Source of the DNA: an uncultured Flavobacteriales bacterium
Lineage (GTDB): Bacteria > Pseudomonadota > Alphaproteobacteria > UBA8366 > CAVOAK01
NCBI GenBank assembly: GCA_964419045.1
Contig: CAYQNO010000023.1
Location: 3,720 to 67,719, forward strand
Length of the DNA stretch: 64,000 nucleotides
Direction of reading: 5' to 3'
Numbering within the stretch: the first letter of the stretch is position 1; every line of letters starts with the position of its first letter. The position numbers and the translations under genes are program-made. The notes beneath the pieces are model-generated. The model saw nothing but the letters and a program-made list of their open reading frames with translations, was not told where the DNA came from and searched no databases. Positions 27,889 to 37,019 of the stretch are shown in pieces.

Positions 27889-28860
27889 GTGTTTAAATTC
27901 TTGGCCGCAATGCTTATGGCGACTCTAACGGTCGCAACAAATGCCTTTGCGCAGGAGTCTCCGACTCTAGGTATTGACTATACCATAATCGGTGGAGGCC
28001 GTGTGTCGGGACTCTATTTTCCTGCTGCTGGAGCACTATGCGAGATGTTTAATCGTCAGAGTGCCACGACACGCTGTTACGTAGAAAGTAATCCCGATTC
28101 TTTTGTTAATCTTCGAGCATTGCGCAGCGGAGCTATAGATTTCGCGATCGTTCAATCGGATTGGGTTCGCCAGGCGGCGATGGGATCTGGGCCATTCAGG
28201 GAAGAGGGAGCGCACGAAGATTTGCGTACAATATTCTCAATGCATGGGGAGGCGTTGACACTTATTACAACTAAAAAATTGGGGATCAAAAGTTCTACGG
28301 CCCTTGCAAATTTACGAATAAACTTTGGTCCTAACGGGACCTATCAGCGTCTGTTGAGTGATTGGTTGATGGAAGCACAAGGTCAGAATTATGGACATTT
28401 TGCCAAGGTATTAGATTTGCCCGAAACTGACCAAATTACTGCATTTTGTAATGGTAAATTGGATGCAATTACTTTGATCTCTTCACACCCTTCATCACGT
28501 GTTGCGGACATTATATCACGTTGCAATGCTAGTGTTATCCCAGTGGACCCAAGAGTAGTAAAAAAACTTGTTAAAAAACGGTATGATCTTTCTCGAATTT
28601 TAATTCCAAGTAGTTATTACTCAGGTGGTCTAGACATGATTAATAGTTTTGGATTACGTGCGGTCCTAGTGACTAGTGAACGTGTTGATAGCGCTATTGT
28701 TGAGTTCTTAGTACGTTCGGTATTTGGAAACCTTGATGCACTGCGCGCGCAACATCCGGTGTTTGCCATATTAAATGCTAAGACGATGACAAAGGATGGA
28801 ATGGGCGCACCTCTCCACCACGGTGCACTGCCCTTCTATAAAGAACATGGCTGGCGCTGA
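27889..28860 (+). CDS. TAXI-family TRAP-type solute-binding protein (no permease adjacent)
   Basis: Signal peptide MFKFLAAMLMATLTVATNAFA and a TAXI-like core (NLRALRSGAIDFAIVQSDW). GTG start 2 nt after the BKACE stop. Confidence 0.7.
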   Translation: MFKFLAAMLMATLTVATNAFAQESPTLGIDYTIIGGGRVSGLYFPAAGALCEMFNRQSATTRCYVESNPDSFVNLRALRSGAIDFAIVQSDWVRQAAMGSGPFREEGAHEDLRTIFSMHGEALTLITTKKLGIKSSTALANLRINFGPNGTYQRLLSDWLMEAQGQNYGHFAKVLDLPETDQITAFCNGKLDAITLISSHPSSRVADIISRCNASVIPVDPRVVKKLVKKRYDLSRILIPSSYYSGGLDMINSFGLRAVLVTSERVDSAIVEFLVRSVFGNLDALRAQHPVFAILNAKTMTKDGMGAPLHHGALPFYKEHGWR

Positions 28861-29020
28861 CAATTTGTGTAAATCCAAATTTCTGTGTTTGCTTATTGTT
28901 AATGATCTTGCGTAATTTGGAAGATCGTTAGTTTAAGTCCTATTCTCAGGAGCGAATTAAGTATCTCTCATAATTTAACATGGTTAATGTAACCCAGTTT
29001 ACTGTAAGATTAATTGTTGT

Positions 29021-29719
29021 TCAGAATTTTTCGCCCCACGGCCGCAATTCGACCTCCCATGTCCATGCACTCCGGTGTTGTCGATGGATGTGGAGATAAG
29101 TTTCAGCAATTGAATCAGGATTTAAAAGTCCATCAGCACCCCTTGCTTCGGCTCTTGGATCGTTAGCGCTGCCAATACCGCCGTCAATAACAAAATGTCC
29201 AATATGGATATTTTGTGGATGAAGTTCGCGTGCTAAACTTTGTGCGAGCCCACGTAGTCCGAATTTGCCCATCGCGAAAGGTGATGAATTTGGATAACCC
29301 TTTGTACTGGCAGATGCGCCGGTAAATAGGATGGTGCCGGAACCACGACCAACCATCTGTATTGCCGCCTGTCTGCTGACGAGAAAACCGCCAAAACAGG
29401 TGATCATGATTGCTTTTTTTGCATCGTCAGGATCGATGTCGATGATTGGTCCACGTATGCGATTACTAGGGTTATAAACCACGAGGTTAGGAATTCCGAG
29501 ATCACTATGGACATTACCGAATAGCTCTTCTACCTCCTTTGGTTCGCTGGCGTCACAAATATAGACACCAGCGTCGATCTCTGATGCTAAACTCGCAAGC
29601 TTGCCCGTACTGCGTGCGGCCAACGCGACCTTCATACCTTCGGCATGGCACATTCGTGCAAGTGATGCACTTAGACCGTTGCCGGCACCAACTATTAAAG
29701 CTATTTCCTTGTCGGTCAT
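29021..29719 (-). CDS. Short-chain dehydrogenase/reductase (SDR) family oxidoreductase
   Basis: 232 aa with Gly-rich N-terminus IVGAGNGLSASLA and an SDR-like core. Confidence 0.75.
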   Translation of the reverse strand: MTDKEIALIVGAGNGLSASLARMCHAEGMKVALAARSTGKLASLASEIDAGVYICDASEPKEVEELFGNVHSDLGIPNLVVYNPSNRIRGPIIDIDPDDAKKAIMITCFGGFLVSRQAAIQMVGRGSGTILFTGASASTKGYPNSSPFAMGKFGLRGLAQSLARELHPQNIHIGHFVIDGGIGSANDPRAEARGADGLLNPDSIAETYLHIHRQHRSAWTWEVELRPWGEKF

Positions 29720-29968
29720 CGTGGGTTCTCCTTATTGCAAGTACACCTTTTTGCGTTCGGTTCTCTTGCTCAGGATTTGCCGACCGCACCAATTGTTTTC
29801 TGCTTATGATAAACTTAAACTAAAATGTGCCACCATGTGTTGAGGATGTTGTTGAAACCTCTCAGGATCTAACAACGTGAAGGTAGTTGGAGATTTTCAA
29901 AAACAACTGATATATGCCGCCCGTGTCCCAATTCAACACCTAAATTCTATTATAAATTACAGGAGAAT

Positions 29969-30973
29969 ATGATGGTAGATACTGTTCCAGAAAACATGAA
30001 GGCAGTTGAAATTCGTGATGTTGGTAAAAATAATACCATGGCAGTGGTAGAGCGTCCGGTGCCACAACCGCAGAGTGGCGAACTGCTGGTCCAGGTTGCG
30101 GCGACAAGCGTTAACCGACTTGATCTGTTTCAACGGCTTGGCGCTTATCCTGTACCGCCTGGTGCCTCTGATATCCTGGGCCTAGATATTGCTGGCACTG
30201 TTGTGGCTCTCGGCCCAAATGTAAGAGGTTGGAGCGTTGGGGACGTAGTCTGCGCCCTAGTAACGGGTGGTGGATATGCCGAATATTGTACGGCGGCAGC
30301 CGATGTGTGCCTGCCGGTACCAAAGGGGCTGGACATGGGAGAGGCCGCAGCTCTTCCAGAGACCTTCTTTACAGTCTGGAGCAATGTGTTCGAACGTGTA
30401 GGTTTAAAGTCGGGTGAGACACTTCTCGTACATGGTGGTTCCAGCGGAATAGGGACAACAGCAATTCAGCTTGGTGCAAACCTTGGTAATCGTGTTTTCG
30501 CCACCGCCGGTAATGAGCAAAAATGTAAAGTTTGTGAGGAACTCGGTGCTGAACGGGCGATAAACTATAATGAAGAAGATTTTGTCGCGATAGTGAAAGA
30601 AGGGACTGATGGAGAAGGTGTCAATGTGATCCTTGATGTTGTAGCTGGTGATTATGTGGCCCGGAATCTCGAGGCTATGGCCGTTGATGGGCGGGTTGTT
30701 AATATCGCAACTCTAGGTGGAAGTGCGGTTGAGTTTAACTATGCCCTTGTAATGGTAAAACGTCTTACTCTCACCGGATCGACTCTTCGGGCGCGGTCAG
30801 TGGAGTTTAAGAAGGCAATTGCGGATGCTCTGTTAACAAATGTTTGGCCGTTGATTGAGAAGGGACAAATACGACCTGTTATTCATGCGCGTTTCCCTTT
30901 GTCAAGGGCAGCCGACGCTCATGATGTGATGCAGGCCAGCACCCACATAGGGAAACTTGTTCTTGAAATTTAA
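29969..30973 (+). CDS. NAD(P)H:quinone oxidoreductase (zeta-crystallin/Qor-type MDR)
   Basis: MDR fold with cofactor loop VHGGSSGIGTTAIQL; 334 aa. Confidence 0.8.
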   Translation: MMVDTVPENMKAVEIRDVGKNNTMAVVERPVPQPQSGELLVQVAATSVNRLDLFQRLGAYPVPPGASDILGLDIAGTVVALGPNVRGWSVGDVVCALVTGGGYAEYCTAAADVCLPVPKGLDMGEAAALPETFFTVWSNVFERVGLKSGETLLVHGGSSGIGTTAIQLGANLGNRVFATAGNEQKCKVCEELGAERAINYNEEDFVAIVKEGTDGEGVNVILDVVAGDYVARNLEAMAVDGRVVNIATLGGSAVEFNYALVMVKRLTLTGSTLRARSVEFKKAIADALLTNVWPLIEKGQIRPVIHARFPLSRAADAHDVMQASTHIGKLVLEI

Positions 30974-31052
30974 ATGTACGCGACACCAGGTGGCTTAGCG
31001 CCAACATTAATTTAGTCGAAGTCGTGGCAGGCTTACTTGCTCGAAGACCAAT

Positions 31053-32318
31053 CTATGAGGCCTTTCCATATTTTTCTTCATATGCCATGACTGCCTGGGT
31101 AAAGCAGTTCATGGGTGCACTGACTATACCAGCGCCTATTTGACCACCGTCCTTTCCACCTATTCCCATATCAAGAACAGGTACGGTGCCTGTTTCGACT
31201 ACCTTAAAAATATCAATGCCTGTTGGCGTGCCACGATATTTAAGATAGGGGATGCGGTATTCACTGTTTTCTCCAACGGCTATCTTATAAAGGGAGAGAT
31301 TGCGTCTGACCATTACGTCGGGCTCGCCCTGGTAGTTCTGCAAGGGAAACGCTGCTGCTTGCGCGAAGCCACCTAAACCTGTTGTTTCAGCTATTGCACT
31401 GTCACCGCCCATCCAGGCAATTTCATCCTCGGTATGACCAGGGAATAATTTTGGTTCGACAGTTGCCTGATCACCCCTGAACCAAGAATTCTTGTCACCG
31501 AGGCCACTGACTCGGATCGCGAATTCCTTACAGTTTAGACACATGCCCGATACTACGCTTGATCTCTCTACACCGTGGGCTGAGTCGGCCACAGCCTTGG
31601 CTGAAGCTAGTGATAGTCGCAGGAAAAAATAGTGGTCTTCCGTTAAGGCCTCTACCGTTTTCTCCACGTTGTCACGTTGTTTTTCAGCCACGGCTATAAG
31701 ATGAGGTACAAGTTCTCGCAGCAATAATAGGGAAGCTGCTGTATTACGACTGTGTAGTTCGTCTCCCATGTGAAGCGCACGTCGCATAACAGGTTTTAAC
31801 GGTATGCCCTCTGCGAGTCTGATTGCATCACGGATTACTGGAGCCACCACTTTATGGATATAATTTAAACGATCCCGAACGCCGTCGTCATATACACCGT
31901 AGTTGAGACGCCGTGGGTTTGTACCTTCGTAAAAATTACAGTGGCCAAGATTACCGAACTTTTTATTTCGGACAACGAAAACTGGCATGGACGCTGTATA
32001 AATGCCGGCCAGCGAACCGAGCGCACCGTAGTCATGGGCTCCCGCAACTACTATCTCGCCAGCGTCTAACTTAGCGATGGCGTCATCGCGATCGGAGGCA
32101 AGCCCTTCAAACTGCGCACCACCTATGATGCCGTCTCGCTGGCCACCTTCATAGTTTGGCCATGGCATGGTCGGGCCAGCCACCAGGATTGTATTTTCAG
32201 TCATTCCTGGAAGGGTTTCAATGGCGGGTAAGACATCCTCAAGAACTGGTTCAGATTCGTCTAATCGCTTGAAAGTCTCCTCATTGGCAATTCTCATTTT
32301 ATCGCTGAAATCGCTCAT
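31053..32318 (-). CDS. DUF1116-family protein (YlbE-like)
   Basis: 421 aa from ATG 32318 (GAGGAA upstream). Conserved stretch GGDSAIAETTGLGGFAQAAAFP is typical of DUF1116. The track start 32384 would overlap the upstream gene. Confidence 0.75.
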   Translation of the reverse strand: MSDFSDKMRIANEETFKRLDESEPVLEDVLPAIETLPGMTENTILVAGPTMPWPNYEGGQRDGIIGGAQFEGLASDRDDAIAKLDAGEIVVAGAHDYGALGSLAGIYTASMPVFVVRNKKFGNLGHCNFYEGTNPRRLNYGVYDDGVRDRLNYIHKVVAPVIRDAIRLAEGIPLKPVMRRALHMGDELHSRNTAASLLLLRELVPHLIAVAEKQRDNVEKTVEALTEDHYFFLRLSLASAKAVADSAHGVERSSVVSGMCLNCKEFAIRVSGLGDKNSWFRGDQATVEPKLFPGHTEDEIAWMGGDSAIAETTGLGGFAQAAAFPLQNYQGEPDVMVRRNLSLYKIAVGENSEYRIPYLKYRGTPTGIDIFKVVETGTVPVLDMGIGGKDGGQIGAGIVSAPMNCFTQAVMAYEEKYGKAS

Positions 32319-32361
32319 AGTTTTTCCTCTAGATCTATTTTGCTCTGGAATTCTCGTTATT

Positions 32362-33279
32362 CTAGCCAAGTATAGTGCCAACACTTAGGCTGACTGACTT
32401 GGCAAATTCAATTGCTGGAATTTTTTGCCCGGTAGAAGGCCGCACGCGTGTCACGAGTATTTGACCGTCGGATGTTGCTACTACAATTCCATCATCAGCC
32501 AATTCAGTAACTTCGCCGTCAACGGCCCCCATTTGTGCTTGACGGCAACTTGCCGCATAAACCTGCAACTTATTTCCATCTAGAAGTGTCCACGCACCTG
32601 GCTGCGGATCAGAACCTCGAATTAGGTTATAAATTTCGCTTGTGCGCTTACTCCAGTCTATTTCTACTCGTTCAGCGGAACACCAGCTCTCGTAAGTCGC
32701 TTTCGACTCATCTTGAATGAGCCTCGGTGCAGTTCCAGCTTTGACTAGTTTGACCGCCTCCAACATTGCTTCCACACCCATGGGGTAGAGTTTGTCAAAA
32801 TAAACGCTACCAAGAGTATCATTTTCGGTGATTTTAACTTCTTTCTGTAGCAGGATTGGGCCCGTATCGAGGCCATTATCCGGCCAAAATATGGATAGCC
32901 CTGTTGTTGATGAACCATTGATAATTGGCCAGTTAATTGAACTGGGCCCACGATGTAGTGGTAGTAATGAAGGATGGTATTGGATTGTTCCAGCGGTTGG
33001 AATGTCGAGGAACTCCTTGGGAACAAACAGGGTGACAAAAGCCATCACGCAAAGGTCGGGTTTCAATTCTGTAAACTGTTCCCATACGCTCGGGTCCTTG
33101 TAAGACTTTGGCTGATATACCGGTAGATTATATGCGATAGCCGCCTCTTTCAGTGGATCTACGCGCTGGTTTTCCTTTTCAGGCGCAACGTAGACCGCGA
33201 CGATTTCCTCACCGCATTCGACTAATGCCTGCAGAACTGACTTGCCAAATGCCTGTTGTCCATTTACGTCAATGCGCAT
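32362..33279 (-). CDS. Formyltransferase-family protein resembling the N-terminal (hydrolase) domain of 10-formyl-THF dehydrogenase / Fmt
   Basis: Motifs YHPSLLPLHRGPSSINW and FWPDNGLDTGPILLQKE (catalytic His/Asp positions), plus an Fmt-like C-terminal beta-barrel region. 305 aa. Confidence 0.8.
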   Translation of the reverse strand: MRIDVNGQQAFGKSVLQALVECGEEIVAVYVAPEKENQRVDPLKEAAIAYNLPVYQPKSYKDPSVWEQFTELKPDLCVMAFVTLFVPKEFLDIPTAGTIQYHPSLLPLHRGPSSINWPIINGSSTTGLSIFWPDNGLDTGPILLQKEVKITENDTLGSVYFDKLYPMGVEAMLEAVKLVKAGTAPRLIQDESKATYESWCSAERVEIDWSKRTSEIYNLIRGSDPQPGAWTLLDGNKLQVYAASCRQAQMGAVDGEVTELADDGIVVATSDGQILVTRVRPSTGQKIPAIEFAKSVSLSVGTILG

Positions 33280-33286
33280 GTTTTAT

Positions 33287-33297
33287 CCCCCCCCCCC
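33287..33297. repeat. Homopolymer C11 (G11 on the coding minus strand), 7 nt upstream of the formyltransferase-like start codon
   Basis: Counted directly: C at 33287-33297. The minus strand reads GGGGGGGGGGG-ATAAAAC-ATG. Confidence 0.9.
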
Positions 33298-33608
33298 GAT
33301 GTTGGCTAATTAATTTACTTTTCATCCTGTCTTATTTGTACTTGTCAGAATTTGATCGTCCTCTTGTTACAAATTATGAATAGACGGGCAAGTTGCTTTT
33401 GGTATGAATTTTATTTTAATAGGGCTTTATCGTTAACTATATGCGGGGTGTGTACTAGAAATACGATATCGCGTAGATAGTGGTGATACTCTAAACTTAT
33501 GATAACGAGTTGGACTAATTGAGGTTGTTGTCGAAAAATATCTGTTGTTTGCGTGTCCAAAGCGTAACCGGTGAATGGCACAATCGATAAATTTGTAAGA
33601 ATTGAAAA

Positions 33609-35957
33609 ATGATGGAACGGTTTGCAGTTGGACAAGGTGTAAAACGTACAGAAGATCCCAGACTTCTCAAGGGCTGCGGTCAGTTTCTTGATGATGTACC
33701 ATTACCTCAACTAACGTACGGCTATATTCTGCGATCGCCACATGCGTACGCTCGAATCCGATCTATCAATTGCGATGCTGCAAGAGATGCGCAAGGTGTT
33801 TTATTGGTGTTATCTGGCACCGATCTTCTGTCAGACGGTATTGGTCCCCTTCGTTGCGAAATGGACGGATCACGATATGGACTTCGGCGTGGTGCAGAAG
33901 ATATGTTTCATACCTCGCGTTTTGCACTTGTGGATAAAACAGTTCGACACGTGGGGGACCCAGTAGCCTTCATTATTGCTGAGAAGTTCAATCAAGCGCG
34001 CGATGCAGCGGACCTTGTCGATGTCGATTATGAGATCTTGCAGCCTGTTTCGTCCGCGCTCGAGGCTATAAGGGAAGGCAAACCACTTGTTTGGGATGAT
34101 TGTCCTGGTAACGTTTGCTTTCGGTACGAATTAGGAGACAAGTCAACCACGGAATCCGGTATTGCCAAGGCTGCTTATGTTACGCGTCAGAAATTTTCAA
34201 TTAGTCGAGTATCCGCAAATACGATGGAGCCTAGGGGCTGCATCGGCGACTACGATCCACGTAATGATCGCTACACGCTGCACGCAGGTTTGCAGGCGCC
34301 GCACAGTGTGCGTAACGACTTAGCGGAAAATGTTTTCAGCTTGCCGCAACATAAGATTCGTGTGGTTGCAGATGACATTGGTGGCAGTTTTGGTATGAAA
34401 GGGGGCACTTACCTGGAGTATGTTCTTGTCCTTTGGGCTTCAAAGCGGCTTGGTCGGCCAGTAAAGTGGATTAGTGACCGGAGTGAAGCATTTGCAAGCG
34501 ATAACCACGCACGTGATAATTCATGTGAAGCAAGTTTGGCACTAGACACCGATGGCAGGTTCCTAGCGCTAAAGGTATCATCGGTTGTCAACTTGGGTGC
34601 CTATCTCGCCTCGAAAGGTCCTGTTCCCGCAATTTCAAACCTCGGATCGCTTGCGGGCGTATATACAACACCTGCAATTTATGTGGATGTAACAGGTGTA
34701 TTTACGAACACTAACTCGACGGCACCCTATCGTGGAGCAGGAAGACCTGAGGCTTCCTATATAATCGAGCGGATGATTGATCTTGCTGCCGTCGAACTGG
34801 GGATCGACAGGACTGAGTTGCGACGTCGTAATACGATTCCTACCGAGTCAATGCCGTATAAGACAGCACTCACTTTCACCTATGACTCTGGTGAATTTAA
34901 TAAAAATTTAGACGACGCCTTAGTGTTGGCAGAATATAAGAATTTTGCGGTGCGCCGTAATAAATCAAGTAAGGAAGGAAAACTGAGGGGGATTGGAGTA
35001 TCAAATACTATTGAGCAGGCAGGCCATGGTCCGGAATCCGCAGAGATGAGATTCGATCCGGGCGGATCACTAACCGTTCTGGTTGGTACCATTTCTCATG
35101 GACAGGGGCATCCCACAGTATATAGGCAACTCGTCTGTGATCGCCTCGGATTAACACCTAAATCGGTTCGAATAGTAGAAGGCGATACCGATGCACTTGC
35201 TCTCGGTACAGGTACGATGGGTTCACGATCGATGACCACAGGTGGTAGTGCAATTTATCTTGCGACTGATAAGATCATAGAAAAAGGCCGCGTAATTGCT
35301 GCACACCTGTTAGAATCGGCAGAAATCGATGTCGTCTTTTCTGCAGGGGAATATTCCGTTTTGGGAACAGATAGGTCGGTTCCGCTCAATGATGTCGTGC
35401 GAGAAGCATTCCTGGGCCAAAACCTTCCACAGGGTGTTGAGGCTGGGTTTAGTGAAAGCGCGACATTCCTGGCGAGTTCGGCTAATTTTCCAAATGGTTG
35501 CCATGTCTGTGAGTTAGAAATTGATGAGGAAACCGGCGACTTGGAAATTCTTCGATACAGCGTTGTCGACGATGTCGGGACAATTGTTAATCCGTTGCTT
35601 ATTGAGGGACAAATCCATGGCGGGATTGCTCAGGGCCTGGGACAGGCGCTGATGGAAACCATTCTCTATGACGAAGGCGGGCAACTCATAACTGGTTCGT
35701 TCCTTGACTACGAAATGCCCCGTGCAGATTCTTTTTGCTCGATTGATTTGGCTTTCAATTCGGTGCCAACGCCTACAAATCCATTGGGTGTAAAAGGTGC
35801 GGGCGAGGCCGGAACGATTGGTTCTCTGGCCGCAGTCATGAATGCTGTTGTAGATGCACTGTCGCCTCTTGGTATCGATCACTTTGACATGCCGGCTACA
35901 CCAGAACGTATCTGGAGGGCTATTAAAGATGCTCCACTAGGACAGACGGCTGAATAG
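33609..35957 (+). CDS. Xanthine-dehydrogenase-family molybdopterin-binding large subunit (CoxL form-II / aldehyde-oxidase-like)
   Basis: 782 aa with active-site-loop-type motif APYRGAGRPE (not the form-I CODH AYRCSFR type). No FeS or FAD subunit genes are adjacent. Confidence 0.85.
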   Translation: MMERFAVGQGVKRTEDPRLLKGCGQFLDDVPLPQLTYGYILRSPHAYARIRSINCDAARDAQGVLLVLSGTDLLSDGIGPLRCEMDGSRYGLRRGAEDMFHTSRFALVDKTVRHVGDPVAFIIAEKFNQARDAADLVDVDYEILQPVSSALEAIREGKPLVWDDCPGNVCFRYELGDKSTTESGIAKAAYVTRQKFSISRVSANTMEPRGCIGDYDPRNDRYTLHAGLQAPHSVRNDLAENVFSLPQHKIRVVADDIGGSFGMKGGTYLEYVLVLWASKRLGRPVKWISDRSEAFASDNHARDNSCEASLALDTDGRFLALKVSSVVNLGAYLASKGPVPAISNLGSLAGVYTTPAIYVDVTGVFTNTNSTAPYRGAGRPEASYIIERMIDLAAVELGIDRTELRRRNTIPTESMPYKTALTFTYDSGEFNKNLDDALVLAEYKNFAVRRNKSSKEGKLRGIGVSNTIEQAGHGPESAEMRFDPGGSLTVLVGTISHGQGHPTVYRQLVCDRLGLTPKSVRIVEGDTDALALGTGTMGSRSMTTGGSAIYLATDKIIEKGRVIAAHLLESAEIDVVFSAGEYSVLGTDRSVPLNDVVREAFLGQNLPQGVEAGFSESATFLASSANFPNGCHVCELEIDEETGDLEILRYSVVDDVGTIVNPLLIEGQIHGGIAQGLGQALMETILYDEGGQLITGSFLDYEMPRADSFCSIDLAFNSVPTPTNPLGVKGAGEAGTIGSLAAVMNAVVDALSPLGIDHFDMPATPERIWRAIKDAPLGQTAE

Positions 35958-35970
35958 GCGACGGGTTTGA

Positions 35971-36810
35971 CTAAACGTCGACGGGTTTTTCTATTGTTTT
36001 CGAGCTGTGCGCCGCAATTTTGCGGATTGGGGTTCCACCCGTAATATTTTTTCCTGTGGGTAACCAGGCGCAAATCGGAGAGTTATCTTCCCAGATTGTC
36101 TTGAACTCACCGGGAACGAAAAACTCAACGAACAGCATTTCTTCGTCCCTACCACATCGGAAGTAATGGCGTTCCTTTTCGTAGTTATATATCACGTCGC
36201 CAGTTCGGATTTGGTGAGGTTCTTCGTTGGAAAAGACGGTTCCTTTGCCCTTAATGATGTACTGGAAATGCTCAGCACCCTCGTGGTGGTGATTAGAGGC
36301 TTCGGTCCCGGGTGGATAAATGATTAACTCACCTGCGAGCGCCTTCGTTCCAAATAACTTTGGGGTTATAAAGTATATGCGTTTGCGCGCATCATGTTCG
36401 GAGTTCAGTACTGGCTCTAGCGTCCAGTCAATACAACCGAAAGGTGGGGGGGTAACTGAGAATGCAGGGTCGAACCGGGCGGCATCTGGTACTTTTGCAT
36501 GAAGCAATACTGCCCCGGACTTACTGGTTAGCGTCCCGCTAAAGTCGGGGGGGAGGACAACTAAATGAACGTTCGATAGTGAGAGTGGCCCCTTTGTGCC
36601 ACTGAGGTTTACATTGCCCTCAAGAACTTGCAACCATGTTAGATCAATATTTGTGACGGTAACTGGTATAGAGCCTCCTGGTCTGATTTGCCAGCGCTGT
36701 AGGCGGATATTGTCGTTGCTAGTTGTCTTGTCGTCGAGCAATGTTTGCGCAAAAGCATGTTGTCCAATCTCGACAGCGACAATATCTTCCTGATTGAAAA
36801 TTACAGGCAT
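35971..36810 (-). CDS. Cupin-domain protein (probable bicupin)
   Basis: 279 aa. The C-terminal cupin has metal-motif-like SNHHHEGAEHFQYIIKGKG. Convergent with the Mo-subunit gene (13-nt gap). Confidence 0.65.
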   Translation of the reverse strand: MPVIFNQEDIVAVEIGQHAFAQTLLDDKTTSNDNIRLQRWQIRPGGSIPVTVTNIDLTWLQVLEGNVNLSGTKGPLSLSNVHLVVLPPDFSGTLTSKSGAVLLHAKVPDAARFDPAFSVTPPPFGCIDWTLEPVLNSEHDARKRIYFITPKLFGTKALAGELIIYPPGTEASNHHHEGAEHFQYIIKGKGTVFSNEEPHQIRTGDVIYNYEKERHYFRCGRDEEMLFVEFFVPGEFKTIWEDNSPICAWLPTGKNITGGTPIRKIAAHSSKTIEKPVDV

Positions 36811-36877
36811 AATTTGTTTCCCAAAGGGTTGGTGGCATTAATAGAGATCAAGAAATCCGAATCAAGGTTCTAAAAAC

Positions 36878-36954
36878 TGGTCGGAGTGAGTGGATTCGAA
36901 CCACCGGCCCCTGCCTCCCGAAGACAGTGCTCTACCAGGCTGAGCTACACTCCG
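36878..36954 (-). tRNA. tRNA-Pro (anticodon CGG), CCA encoded
   Basis: Folded by hand: acceptor CGGAGTG/CACTCCG, D-arm GCTC-AGCCTGGTA-GAGC, anticodon arm CTGTC-TTCGGGA-GGCAG, variable loop GGGCC, T-arm GGTGG-TTCGAAT-CCACT, discriminator A + CCA. 77 nt. Confidence 0.93.
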
Positions 36955-37019
36955 TAATCTTTACAAATATACAAAAAATCTGGCTAAGTCGTTGTTCCAG
37001 CACCATGGTTAGCAGATAT

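Noticed and set aside
33411-33635. Track ORF 33411..33635(-) of 74 aa in the divergent region between the formyltransferase-like and Mo-subunit genes
   Set aside because: It overlaps the start of the 782-aa gene and has no RBS or recognisable sequence. It lies in a promoter region and is probably spurious.
36446-36553. Two G7 tracts (36446-36452 and 36547-36553) inside the cupin gene as possible phase-variation sites
   Set aside because: They encode Pro-Pro(-Pro) runs on the coding strand (TPPPFG, LPPDF) and are shorter than typical contingency tracts. They are more likely ordinary proline codon runs.
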